Assembly: GCA_012026655.1 (NCBI GenBank)
Contig: JAAILG010000605.1
Coordinates: forward strand, 1-64,000
Length of the DNA: 64,000 nucleotides
Direction: 5' to 3'
Source of the DNA: Hydrolagus affinis
Lineage: Eukaryota
The notes under the pieces: model-generated
Database searches by the model: none
Seen by the model: the letters and a program-made list of their open reading frames with translations, nothing else
Told to the model about the DNA's origin: nothing
Shown: positions 13,817 to 26,596 of the stretch, in pieces
Position numbering within the stretch: position 1 is the stretch's first letter
How the letters are laid out: each line of letters opens with the position of its first letter
Made by a program: the position numbers and the translations under genes

Positions 13817-14627
13817 AACTGTGTGTTTTGTAGGCGACAATCAAACATCAGAGTAGTATTTTTCTGTGATATTAAGAGATTCCTTAGTTTAGCATCACAG
13901 TGTGTGAGATGAAGTATTAAAACCAAATGGTCAGGGTATTATTTGAGAGTTTCCAGCAGTCCAAGCTGGAAAGCTGTGTCAACGTTCGGCTGTACACAAA
14001 GTCATATCTTCATTAGATACAATATGTGCACAGGTCACATCATACTGACAGGTGAAAGCAGTCATTGTTTTTGTTGAATAGGTTTTTGGGAGAGTTCAGT
14101 GGCAAAATTGAACCAGATGCATACTGTATTAACGTAACCTTAAATATGGTTTTAATAAAAAGATTACAACTGTTTTGATGGTGCTTAGAAAGATAAAGGA
14201 TATGAAAGGATTATGAAGACACAAAGGTTAGCTTCTCTCGCCCCCATAATAATAATTCTTGTATTTGATATAGCAGCTTTCAGGTCGGTGGACGTTTCAA
14301 AGCGTTTCACACAATTTACTGTAAAATGCAGCAACGGTATATTTTACACATTTAAACAGTCCAGATGACTTCTTGTCGCATGTTGAAGGCTAAACAACTG
14401 AGCTGGCAGATTGCCTATGAAGCAAGATCCCCAAATAACCCTTTTCTCTGCAGTCAGCAGAAAGTCTGCTCTTTCGGGAGCTTTCACCCAGACTGGAGAT
14501 CGGGGAGGAACTGTGTGTTTTGTAGGTGACATTCAACCATCGGAGTACTATTTATCTATAACATTAAGAGATCCTTTACTTTAGCATCACAGTGTGTGAG
14601 ATGAAGTATGAGAACCAAATGGCCAGG
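13817..14627. repeat. 119-bp direct duplication (13817-13935 and 14509-14627)
   Basis: Ungapped alignment with about 15 mismatches by manual count, offset 692 bp. Confidence 0.9.
14247..14345 (-). mobile_element. SINE 3' fragment
   Basis: ATAATAATAATTCTTGTATTTGATATAGC...TCAAAGCGTTTCACA. Confidence 0.65.
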
Positions 14628-16084
14628 AAAGCTCTGCACCAAATCAGACACTAAAAAGTGCCACAACTTTTCCACACTGAACCAACATAAATAAACACCA
14701 GTCACTCAAAGTGGAAAGGGCAGGAGTAAGACATAAGGAAGGAATACAAGAACTGGAGTGGCACCCCTATTCCATGCCTGCCAGGTTCGACTATAGAGAC
14801 CTTGTTGAGTTTGTTCACTTGGCTTGATTGCTATGCACTTAAGTGTTAGTAATTATGTGGTGGTGCACGTTATGTATTCATCTGTAGCTGGCGGCAGATC
14901 AGGAATAGGGACTAGGTCATATTTTTCCTGGCTTTTCTGTGGCCTCGGGGAACACAAAATGGCTCTGTAAGTTTGCTTCTCTTCCTGACATAATGACAAA
15001 GTGCAAGAAGTAATCTGTTTCAGCCATATTATGGAATATTTAATTAAAAATTCTGTTTAATGACAGTTTCTCCCCCTCCCTCCCTCATCCTCCTGATTTT
15101 TAATTGTGATTATTTATGGGGATTTTAACTTAAAATGGCCAATTATCTGCTATTTTGTACTCATGGATCGTAACTGCTTTGATTGAAGGGATTTTGTCAT
15201 CTTAGTGCACTTCTAATGTAACCATATAAATACCTAATGTAAACAGAGCAAATGCATTCCTTGTGTTGTTTAAGACAAAACATAATACGGTCAAAACTGT
15301 TATTTAATGATGCACAGAAATGTGCATGTAAACACACATGTTTCAGTGTTCCAAGCCACTGACAAACCCATTCTACGGTATTTTCACTTCTAAAGCATCA
15401 ACTCACATTTCTTCAATAGGCGTTTCTTGAAGACATTCAAATATCTTCATGTTGGGAATTTGACAAGAGACTAATTGGAACTGGGATTGTAGGACCCAAC
15501 AGGACCCAGGTTAACAACAACAACTTTACATTTTTATAGCGACTTTCAGATCAGGAGGACATCACAAGGCACTAGATAATCAGATGTGTGAATGGCAATT
15601 ACAGGAGAGATACCAAGAACTAATTTATTTATGCAGAGGTTAAACAACGACTGATACAGGTTACCAGGCAGGGGAATTCAAGCGAGGACACTGGCCTCAA
15701 TCAAGATGCCACTTTGGAAAGACAGTAAGGTTGATATTCTGGATGGATGAAAGCGTATCGGATGAAGGGCTCCTTGACAAATTAATCAGAAAAAAAATTA
15801 TTTCACATGCAAGCTCCAGGCACTGAGATGTAATAACAGATATTCAGATATTAAACTGGAATTTAAAAGATGCAAACAAAACTCATGGAGCTGCTCACTT
15901 CACTCCTTATCTCTGATCAAACTAATGCAAAAGTAATTGCGCATTGTTGTTCATGAGCATAAAATGTAATTTAGCCCTAACCATATTAACTCTTCAAAAA
16001 GGTATGAACACACACAGGTTTACGCGAACAAGAAACATAAATGTAATAAGATAATAATCCCTTCAAAAACAAATTTGGTTGTTC

Positions 16085-16380
16085 ACTCCATGATTGTTTG
16101 TGAGACACTGCTGTGCGCAATTGACTGCCACGTTTCATCCACAAAATAGTCAATACACTTTTCAGTATAGACAGTATATGGTCCTCCTCTTCGACTGCGC
16201 CCATCGGTCACCCAGCCTTCACTCCACCTTCCCTGATCCCGACCCCAGGCTCGGGTTCAAAACACTAACTCTCCAGTGCCTTATACAAATGTCATTTTGT
16301 TGTTGTTGTTGTTGTATCCTGTGAAGATCTTTGGGGCATTTTGAAGACATGATAAGGAGCCATATCAAATACAAGGATGC
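16085..16380 (+). mobile_element. SINE 3' half with a nested L2 3' fragment (about 16171-16314)
   Basis: The SINE core GACACTGCTGTGCGCAATTG...TTTCAGTAT is interrupted by an L2-like end finishing in (GTT)n. The SINE resumes at GTATCCTGTGAAG...ATCAAATACAAGGAT. Confidence 0.7.
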
Positions 16381-17998
16381 TATCTTGTGGTAAGCATGAC
16401 AAATAAGTGACAAACTGCTTAATAGCTGAAGTTATCCCATGCTTGTATCAATTGACCTAAAGGTGGGCAGCTTATGTGAAAATGGAATGCCTCACTAAAA
16501 TTGGTGTCAGGCACAATTGACTATCCAAAGAGAGATCAAAGGAGCTTACTGGAATTGCTCCATTCAGATCTTTCCCCTATTTCTACATTGCAGTCATTCA
16601 GCAGGTTCATATAGAAAATGAGCATTTTAAATGCCAGTATTATAATGAGAACACTGAGTCTTTCCTTTCCTCTCCAGTAATAACTGGGATATATGAATAT
16701 GTGCTCTCATGATATATTAAAGATGGCCCTTAAAATCCTTGGAAGAAGTTGTAGGAAAAATAGTGAAATCCCTTAAAATGATTGAGGACAGACCACTTTT
16801 CCCCCACTTTCTTTCTTCTTCTCTTTTTCTCCCCTCCACCCAGTGCATCACAGTAATTTTTTTTTGTCAGTGCATTAATAATTAATTCAGTTTAACAGGG
16901 ACGAGAAGCTCCTCCAATAACACAAGAAGCAGTTCGATTGGAATGGAGGTTCTGCCAGTCAAGCAGAAGATAAACGAGATTACATTTCAGAAGTCAAAAC
17001 TGATAAGTTTTTGAATAACAGAAAAAATATTAGTTCCACATGCTCCTGCTGCCAGCAGATCATCTAACAGTCTGAATCTTGTGAAAAAAGGAGTCTATCT
17101 TAAATCATGATGAGTTATTATGCCAATTTAGAGTTATTCATTTTTTTCAGAAAATCCAGACATCACTAATGGCAATTTCTATTCTCTTATTGTCTCTTGA
17201 AATCTTGTGAAGTATAGTAAAGAAATATGTGTCTAAAGTTTTTGACAGTTTAAAGGAATCCTTCCAAAGCTTCATATTTATCTTCAATAGGACATATACG
17301 TTGTCTTGTCATGTCCTGCACTTGACGTCTCAAGGAAAGGTTCCACAAAATGATTCTCTGACCCTCAAAGGTGAGAATAACTTCTGACCATCTCTACAAC
17401 CTTATTCTGTGTTACGGAGCATGATTGCATTCTACATGACATTCTCATGTGCTGTCCTCCACGTTACACATTACAAGATTCCTTTGTTTAAAAAAAGTGA
17501 AGAGTTACTGAAATGGTGCTCTTAATCAATGAATTTGAAACAGGCAGTCACCTCCATACTGAGCAGAGATTAGCAAAAGTAGCTACAAAAGTTCCAATTT
17601 ATTTAGGATATTCTTAGTTTATAAAGTAATTTTAAACTGAATTGCCTTTCCAGTACCCCTTAGACTGTGTCTGTACTACTATGTATAGAGACTGTATATA
17701 TAAACACTGTAATGTGTTTGCAATAAAGGCCATTTCTCTTTCTAATTCTTAATTAAGCTTTGCTTCCAGTCTTCAATTCTAGTTTTGGGAGGGGTATTAT
17801 GAACAGACCTGTAGAATGTCTGTTTAGATGTTTAGATCATTCATGTTCTAAAGGGAAAATAATTTTCTTGTAATTAACTCTGTATTGATAGGGCATTTGA
17901 CTTTTATTCTGTTTACTCTGCAAGTATGTCTTGGTACAGTCTATAACTTAATAGGTTGCAGACTGAAATGGACACTTCTGCATTCAGACATTACTGGC

Positions 17999-18110
17999 TT
18001 AGAATTCTTTACTCAGAGGGTAAATAATGACTGGAATAATTTGCCAGGAATGGTAGTTGAGGCCAGGACACTGGATTCATTTAAAAAGCAGCTTGATGCT
18101 GTGATGGGAG
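17999..18110 (+). mobile_element. CR1 LINE ORF2 C-terminal fragment
   Basis: FFTQRVNNDWNNLPGMVVEARTLDSFKKQLDAVM, the canonical CR1 ORF2 end. Confidence 0.85.
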
Positions 18111-18624
18111 AAAAGCGGAATGGGGTAATATTACATAGATTGAAGAGCCTTGATCATTGAAACCAAACATGTGATCCTGTGACGCCTGCAAGTTGGAGGG
18201 AGAAACTCAAAGGAAATACAGTAATATACTCATCAGCCTTTAGGGAATAATTAAGTAAAATTGTTGGATTTTGCAAGTCACGATCTTCTGAAACTCTTCT
18301 GGAATTTCAGAAGATCAATCTTTTCCATATAAACTTCGTAATCTTTCCTGCATTCCTCAATAGAGACCTTTAATAATTCACTTTCTACGTTATAATTTGG
18401 CAATTTATCAATTTGCATTTCGGAGCTACCAAGTTCATGTGGAGTCCTGTAGCTCCACATGCCTCTGTTTTCAGATTGACAGAAGGGATGCGGGTGGGGG
18501 GGTTGGAGGCAGGGTAAGGCAGACAAAAGAGAAAATGGGATAGAGGAATTTTGCACCCTTTAAGCCATGATGATGGGTTAAAGAGTAGTTAATTGTGTCC
18601 TCTCTCATGTTCTCATTCGCTTTC

Positions 18625-18686
18625 CTTGTCCTTGAACCACTGACACTTCTGCCTCAGAGGCGAGAGTGCTGCAGAGCCACACTGAC
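18625..18686 (-). mobile_element. Decayed tRNA-derived SINE head (second family)
   Basis: Reverse complement GTCAGTGTGGCTC..GCACTCTCGCCTCTGAGGCAGAAG..GGTTCAAG has A/B-box-like remnants. A similar head lies at about 58230-58290. Confidence 0.5.
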
Positions 18687-19913
18687 GTGAAGTTTAGACT
18701 GAGGTTCGCAGTATATGAACTATGAAGAGCATATACGACTAATTTGAAAATGTCTAAATTAGGCAGGTTAGCTTCCAACTTCAGTCATTTCATTTCATGA
18801 TATCTTACTGGGAAGCAATAATTGACAACCTTCCCCTTTTTGCATGGTTACAGGCAACACCGCACAGTGTTTGTCAATACCTAATATCTGTCGCTATTAG
18901 TCACGGGCCCAGCACTGGTTTTAAGTGCAGGACAGCATGAGCACCACTCAAACAGCTCTGACTGATTGCTCTTCTGTAAATCTTTGAGATACAAGACACT
19001 AAACAATGCAAAAGTCAAGGATCACTTCCAGCCCCTTTATCCATGAAGCAGTATGTGTGCTACCTACAAGCAATTCCCAAATCTCCTCTATCTAGAACTT
19101 TGCCTTCCTCCACTGCCCGAAGCATAGGAAATCCCCAAGCTATTCAGCAGAAGCAAATACAATTACCTTTACTGGCAACTTAATCTCGGTCTGCTAATCC
19201 TCCAGTAGGCAAAGCTTTCCTTAAGGGATGGGGGAGGAAAATCATACTTAGAGTATCTAGCATTCAGACCTTTTCCCTACCATTAAGGTGTATTGAATAA
19301 AGTGTTGAGGTTAAGACTCAACAGGATTCAGAGACGGGCAATCCTTACATATAATGCACGTGTAGATGAGATGCACTTCAGGGCATAGAAATGAACTCAA
19401 CCATTTTACGTAGATACACGCTTTACTTTGTTACAATTGTTATTAGTGAAACACTAACTCAAACTAGGGCAATGTGAAAGAACTGGATAACAAATATATA
19501 TACCACCTGGCCCCTAATTTTTAATACAACTGTCTTAAGAAATAAGTGTAATTCTTTAAACAACAATATAAATCCAGATGAACTATCAGATCAATGAATA
19601 AACAGATCCTTTTTATATTCCTCTATATTTTTCACGGCTTGTGTTAAGTCCAAAACATATGAATAGGTTCATTTTTACCATTAATGCCCAGTGAGCTATT
19701 AAAACCTCTGTCCAGAATGGTATTAGTTGAGTATACCAGGTTTCCTTGGCTAAACATACGTGAAAGAATGCAGCAAACTTTAAAAAATCTTAAACCACAC
19801 AAAGAATCTGCATTTTTAAAATGTATAGACTTGTTTCGAGAAAATGTTTAATAATGCAATTGATATTTATTTTAATAATGTAATTAATATTGATTTTACA
19901 TCCCATCAGTTAG

Positions 19914-20021
19914 ATAATAATAATCCTTGCATTTGATATAGCACCTTATGGCTTCAAGATATCTCAAAGCGCTTCGCAGAATATATTTTAAAGTGTAGTG
20001 ACTGTATTTTGTGGATGAAAC
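19914..20021 (-). mobile_element. SINE 3' fragment, 75 nt from the exon 7 donor
   Basis: (TAA)n TCCTTGCATTTGATATAGCACC...TCAAAGCGCTTCGCAGAATAT...GTATTTTGTGGATGAAAC. Confidence 0.85.
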
Positions 20022-20095
20022 TTGTGGGTGACACTTAATAATGAAACTTATCCTTAAGGAAATTAACCTTGCTTTTCGAGCAAACTTTTACTTAC

Positions 20096-20139
20096 CCACA
20101 GTATCACATGGCTCATTTTTGTGCACACAGAAGTCAGTC
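20096..20139 (-). CDS. ADAMTS17: ADAMTS17 exon 7 (R-TDFCVHKNEPCDTV-G), 44-nt small exon
   Basis: Manual translation. Acceptor TTGATTTACAG, donor GG|GTAAGT. Phases 2 and 1 join exons 6 and 8 in frame. Confidence 0.96.
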
Positions 20140-20359
20140 CTGTAAATCAATGGGAAGAGAAGGTTACTCTACAGTGGTAAAAACCTGATAACATCAGGAC
20201 ACAATACAAAACATTGTTTGAAAAAAATTAAAACAAGTCACTCCGAAGAGTAAAAAAGAAAAAGTTCAATCAGAACATTTATAAATCTAACAAATTATTA
20301 TTCATGTAGAAAGCCATTTGATAAATGCAGCCGATCAAAACCCCACCCCTGCATATTGA

Positions 20360-20680
20360 AGTCCTGTAGCCCTGTGGTTAGAGCATTCGCCTGATAAGCG
20401 AGAGACCTGGGTTCAATTCCAGGCAAGGAGAAATCTTGGGCAAGTTTCCTTACTCCACACACCTAATAATAATCCCTCAAAAAAAAAACAATAATAAATT
20501 GGTAATTTTCAATCCATGGCTGTTTATAGGACATTGCTGTGCGCAATAGGCTGTCATGTTTCACCCACATATATATATATACAGTCAATTCACTTTACAA
20601 TACATTCTGTGAAGCACTTTGAGATGTCTAGAAGATGTGAATATATCACTATATCAAATACAAGGATTATTATTGTTATT
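20360..20680 (+). mobile_element. Full-length tRNA-derived SINE (about 320 bp) with an L2-type (ATT)n tail
   Basis: Box A TGGTTAGAGC, box B GGTTCAATTCC, core GACATTGCTGTGCGCAA, tail ATCAAATACAAGG(ATT)n. Homologous to 42727-43042 and 47688-48008. Confidence 0.9.
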
Positions 20681-20692
20681 ATAAGATTCAAC

Positions 20693-20816
20693 CACGCTTT
20701 GCATTTCGCCCACAAAATAGAGAGTCAATTCACTTTACAGTACATTCTGCAAAGCACTTTAAGATGCTTCGAAGACATGATAATGAATTATATCAATGCA
20801 AGGATTATTATTATTT
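20693..20816 (+). mobile_element. Second, 5'-truncated SINE copy in tandem
   Basis: TTTCGCCCACAAAATA..GTCAATTCACTTTACAGTACATTCTG..ATCAATGCAAGG(ATT)n. Confidence 0.85.
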
Positions 20817-23800
20817 GTATTATTTTCACAAAGTACTTTATTCAACTCAGTCTGCTCTGCACCTGTCTTTCAAATTCAGGCATCTTATCAGTTCAATTTG
20901 AAAGTTACTTGATACAAATTTTGTTACACAAAAATTCTTCTAACTCTTGTGTTGACTGAGGCATTTCAATGTTTTAAACCAATACTCTGCAGGTCAGCCT
21001 GCAGGCAAGGCAATTAGCGCATTTAGATCTACCTCATTCAAATGCTATCAGCATTTTAAAGATCTAAGATATAATCCGGACACCTCAGAACCAGTATTAT
21101 TAATATGAAGTGGTTCTTCAGTCCCACAGGGCAAAGCATAATACACATGAACGTTGATAAACATTCCTGACTCCAGAATTAGTTGGATCTGGTTACTATG
21201 GCAAGAGGGGGAAGAAAATGGTCTCTAAACATCCAGTGGATAAATCCAAATGACACGATTTTAGTTTGGTGAAATATGAAGTACAATTTGGTAGAAAGAA
21301 AATAATTCTTAAAGTGGAAGAGTAGAGTGAATCATGAATACAGGTACAGATATATTGGTCTTTAGAGATAGAGATGGTCATTTAAAAAAGTAAATGAAAA
21401 ATATATAGAGCCATAAAGAAAGGCTGATGTTGCACAGGACATTGAGCATATTGCTCACTATTGGCATTGTTGCATACAGTTATGGACATTCCAAGAGTCA
21501 AAAAAAAAGAAACACACTTACTTTGTGCTAAAAGGTGATTATTATAGCAAAATACTACTGAAATTGGGTAATGTTATGTTAAGAGTTAACAAAATGCCTG
21601 AATAACAGTAACAAACTGCAGAATATTCCATGAAATATAAAATTTGTGAAACATACAATGATAGTAAATAGCTTTGATTGACAAATCCATTGTAAGCCTG
21701 CCAGAATTCATGAGAAATTAACTCAATTCTGCACAAAGAACAAGAGCCAACACAATGCAAGGTATTCCTTCCATACACCTCTCATTTGTATCAGGATTAA
21801 ACTGGGGGGTGGAGTGAAGAGAGAGATACCCAAGAAGTTTCTTGAGTATTGAGTACATTTTCTCTGACACAGAGTAGGAATCCACAGCTGTCGTTCAATG
21901 TCACAACACCTTACTAAGAACATTGCCCCAAACACAAGCACAGAGTAAGACTTGCTTGGTCCTGCTTTTTTGGCAACAATCTAAAATCTTCCTCCATGGC
22001 CCAAGTTACTTGACTTCATCTCCAAGGTAACAAAATATTCATTTACATAAATGAAATCTCCCTTATGCCTACTAGCTCATTTCAGCTCTCCGGAAAGGCT
22101 GCCAGACAATATTAAAACTTGCGTTGTTGGCACTGGCGTCAGCCAAGCTTTATGGAACTGGACTCTATTTAACTTATTTCAACAGTTGCTAAATTGAATG
22201 ATTGCTGCAATGTTTTGGGAAGGGGTAATATTGTGGCAGATCAACAAGAAACAGCCTTGGATAACTATCATTGTTTGAACCCAATCAGCTTGAACCTTGA
22301 TGCCCACATCACCCTAGACATTTCATAATACAGTAATAATAATTATCAAACATATAATGCTGTCTTAAAGTTACTTTGCTGAATACTGTAGATTTTCGAT
22401 TGGATTACTTTGTACAGATTTATTTTCTTTCCCCAAAGGTTCTGCATATAGTTTGTTTTTTTTGGAAAATTTTTGAATAACATTTGCTTTAAATAATCAA
22501 CATTTCATAAACTGGTAAAACAATCTGCACAACAGGGGGTATTGAGAGAATGTTTATAGATTGAAAGGGAAATTAGATTTGTTAAACAAGATCTGGGGCC
22601 CAGTACGGAAATCCCTCACAGCACAAATGGATTCATTCTCCTTCAATTCCTTTTCGGTCCACCAACCCCCAATCTTTCTGCACACTCCAATTTCACCAGT
22701 GGTGCAATACTTTGTCACAATCAGTCAATTCCTGGATTTATCATACCTTACCTTTTAATATACTGTATAATAAAATCCCCAATACTGCAAATCCTCATAG
22801 CCATCAGAAAACAAGGGGATTGAAAAATGCAACATCAGATCAAACCGGCTATGAAACACATTTTTCACCCGAAGAATCAACATATATGAATCTCACAAGA
22901 TTGTTGCTCTTTCCTGAGCCTCCCTCAATGAGTAAATTTTCCAATTGTACTATGCAGACAAAACTTTGATAAGCAATAACAGCATTCATTCAATGGAAAG
23001 CAGAGCTTAACTGAATCTTCAACCTCTAGTATTCGAAGTCTTACTTTATATTTACAGTGCGGACCAACTGTTGGTTATACATTTGGGATAAGAAAGTAAC
23101 TCAAACAAACAGAAAGTGCTCAGTGCAAATTTCAAACCATAAATACTATTCAATCTCTTGGGCAATGAGCTTTAAAAAGTACTTGCTTAACTCTCATCCA
23201 GTACCATTTTGTACATGACTGAAGAAATAAATAGATAATGCAGAGCAGAGAGGTCATTTCACTTGTAATATAATAATTGGCATCAGTCAAATGTTTGTTG
23301 CCCTATGTTAAAATGGAGGAATTCTTTAATGCAACAATTGCTGAAGTCAATGTAAAAATCACAGCATGAAATGTTTTGCGCAATCCTTGAAGTCAATCAC
23401 ATTGTAGTTGCCTGTCATAAAGTACATTAAGGAGGTAGTTTTGGCATTAATTCATTCCTACTGTGCTGAGGCATGAAGACAGCGCAAACCAATTCAGTCA
23501 CTACTCAGAAAATGGCCTGTCAAAGTTCCGGAAAGGTTTGTTTGAGGTTATTAAACCAACTAGAAAGAAAGACACTCACTTAGCTTCTTCCCCCTCCTCC
23601 CACATTCCCCATCAAGCTAGCTTCTCCTCTACTTTCACAGCTGCCAATTTTACAGCAGAAAACTTTTTCCCAACAAGAAAAAGGAGAAGGGGAGTTAGTG
23701 TCCACTATTTATAATGCAGGAACCCTAACTTGAGGTGAAGGGTTTTGTACAATTCTGAAATTGGAAGCAGAGCAAATAACAATATGGCCAGGTCATAAAG

Positions 23801-26409
23801 CATTTAGGTCTTTTAAAATGGCAGAAGCTCATGGCTTTGGCATATAGAGTTATTAGGAGCCAAGTTAGAAGAATCACAGCTTCCATTGACTGCTTCCACA
23901 TGAGACATCAACAAGGTCTTGGAGTATTATAAACCTGCCTGGCCCAGGTATTGGATCACTGAGACTTGGCTCCAGTTTCCTTTTGTCAGGCGCGTTACCC
24001 TGGAGCCAGCAAGGACCCAAAGGAACTCAACCCCGAAGGAGTGGTTGTGGGGGTAGAGGAGGGGGAGGGGGGTGGGGAGGGTGGAGTTGATATTCACAAG
24101 TTGAGCATTGATGAAGTATGTAATGTCAAAAATAAATATACTGAACAGTCACTATGGATTTCAATATGTGCTGCTCCACAACTGGAGTTGAAGACAAGCA
24201 TATATTTAAGACACTGAGGAAAAAGTTGGCAGCCACTTTTGGGAGTACATTGGCAGGCAGCAAAATGGTTTCCAGTCACTTCAGCAGCCAAACCATCAGT
24301 TCATGGCAGACTGCCCTTCACAGTGGAGGTGCTCCCAAGAGAAAGCCCGTGACGCACACTACTCAGTGCTGTTACAAATCACCTTTATTCACAGAAAACC
24401 TTAAACACACAAAACACTCCACTGCCTCAGGCTTGACTTCGACTCACATGCTACTCAGACAAATCGAAACCCATTTTTATCTGTGTGTATGTGTGTGCGT
24501 GTGTGTGTATATATACATATAAATTTTTAAAAAGTTTATTGAAGGTACAAGTTCAGAGCAATTTTCTCATGAGCTGGTTTAGAATAATTAATCGAAAGTG
24601 AATGAACTTTGGGCGGTATGCAGGCTGGAAATCTCAATGTGAATCAGGGCCTCAAAGCGCCAAACACCCTTCTTGGCCCTTTTGATAGTCATGTTTAAAG
24701 CAACTCTGTCAGTTTGCTTACTTTCTCCAAACATGGCTCGCTTACTTGAACTAAATACCGGTAAGTTTTTTTTTACAAAAAAAGCTCAGAGGTTTCACTA
24801 AAATTGGATTGGGGGCTGACATGTGCCAGCAGCACATGTCAAGCAACTAACCGCAGTCGTTCCCCAATGCATCAGCTGGGAATTGAAATTATATTCAGAT
24901 GAATCCCGCTGGTCATTCCACAATTTTACGGAGGTTGTTTTCCTAATCAATTGGTATTAAGCAAGTCATTTTTACTGCTGGATATTTTGATGAATTTAAT
25001 CCTGTGTCGTGCCTAATCTGAATTTAATGATAGTCATTTGATTGCAAACAATTATTTACCAGGGATAGGGTTTCCTTTGGTACACAGTTAGTTTAACATG
25101 AACCCTACAGTAAATGGCTCAATGCACCCAATTCTTCCTCACACACTTTACTCCGCCTATTTCAGCTCCTGGCAAGAATAGGTTTTATGTAGGTGCCCTT
25201 ACTCCTCAAAGGGTAATCAAAAGTCATCCGCCTTTGCATCATTTTGCAACATTGACTTCCTTTCCACAGATAACATTCCTCCTCCTCACCCCCCACCTTC
25301 TGTCTCAGCAACAAAGTTTTTTTGGAGGAGTTAAGTGAGGAGATGCCAAAAGTAACACAGCCGTTAAAGAGAGCTATGAGACTTACAATGGACTTGATGA
25401 TCAAGTGTTCAGGTCAGGCAGGTCCACAGTACTCCAAGGTATCTTTGGCGATTTGCCAGCCTGTTTGAAGGAGTAGTTACATCCCTGGGTAAATGGATTA
25501 CTCAAACTCAACTCCTGATAATCCTGGCAGCTCTGTGTGTGTGTATGGGGGGGTGGAAAGAAGGTATTTCAAAACCCATTCTAATCTTTCATGGTTAACA
25601 TAAGGATCATGATGTTCAACGTCGACCCCAATTAATATCTCAGTTTGAAATCACCGGCCAGTTTTAATATAGTATTTTGAGATATTCAGGTTTAAGTTCA
25701 TACCAAAAAGTATTTTAAAATCACTAAAGGATTGAAATTATTATGTGGTGTCTCATGCAGGCCGAATCAACAGCTCACAGTATGGTTGCTGCTCATCTGT
25801 ATGAAGCTAATTAACAAGAACAGCAGGGACACAATGAAATGTTCACAGAAATTCCACTTTTACACAAGCTTCCCTACACTTCAGGCTCCCAATTGTGTTC
25901 TTTTGTTGTTCTTCACTTAGGAAACCATTTTTATTTCTATACTCAGGCACAGCTGGTGCTGAAACACCTTAACATTTTCTGAAAACAAATCATGGTGTAA
26001 TGTATATACAGCACCAATAAAGAACAAGGCGTTGGGGGAACCTGTCAACTGATAAAATAGATGGAAAACTGGGAGCTTTAACTAGAAAATAATAGATAGA
26101 TAAGTCAATATCACCATATGCAACTTATCACTAAAATACTTTTTGAGAATCACATGAACACTTTAGTACATGTGGAAATGAGCTGCCAGCAGCGTAACCA
26201 AACTGAAGTTATTCTAAGTGTGGTTAACAGGTGTTTACAGAATTGAGGTTTGAGCTGAATTCCTCAGTCTGCATTCCTGCTGTATCTGATCCACAAACGT
26301 GGACATTGCAGGCAAACCTGACTGCCTGCTCCACAATGATCCTCTCGAGACAAGACAACTCAGTCTGTAACCCAAAAGCCTAGAATAAGAGCTGTAGGGA
26401 CATGGGATG

Positions 26410-26520
26410 ACAGTCACAGTTACAGAAAGCGATAGATATGAAAATAGTTCATTCAGCCCACCCAGTCCATCCTGGTGTCTGTACTCCATTCGAACTGCAC
26501 CCTCCTTTCTTACAAACCTC
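26410..26520 (-). mobile_element. Decayed CR1 3' end
   Basis: CATTCAGCCCACCCAGTCCATCC is the reverse complement of the CR1 3'UTR GATGGACT.GGTGGGCTGAATG motif. Confidence 0.45.
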
Positions 26521-26596
26521 TATTCTCTTCTCCCTCACATCTCTATCACTGCTAAACTGTGCAAACGTTTGCCTACAAATAGTCACTATACTTCAT

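Noticed and set aside
16900-17330. Possible decayed RTE-type LINE fragment on the minus strand
   Set aside because: Only vague motif echoes with multiple stops, so it cannot be supported by eye.
20360-20432. tRNA-like sequences (also 42727-42800 and 47940-48008)
   Set aside because: They have A/B boxes but run directly into the SINE body, the acceptor stems are imperfect and the anticodon loops differ between copies. They are SINE heads, not tRNA genes.
20516-20959. 147-aa ORF (likewise 38094-38423 and 52563-53039)
   Set aside because: These are translations of SINE and low-complexity sequence.
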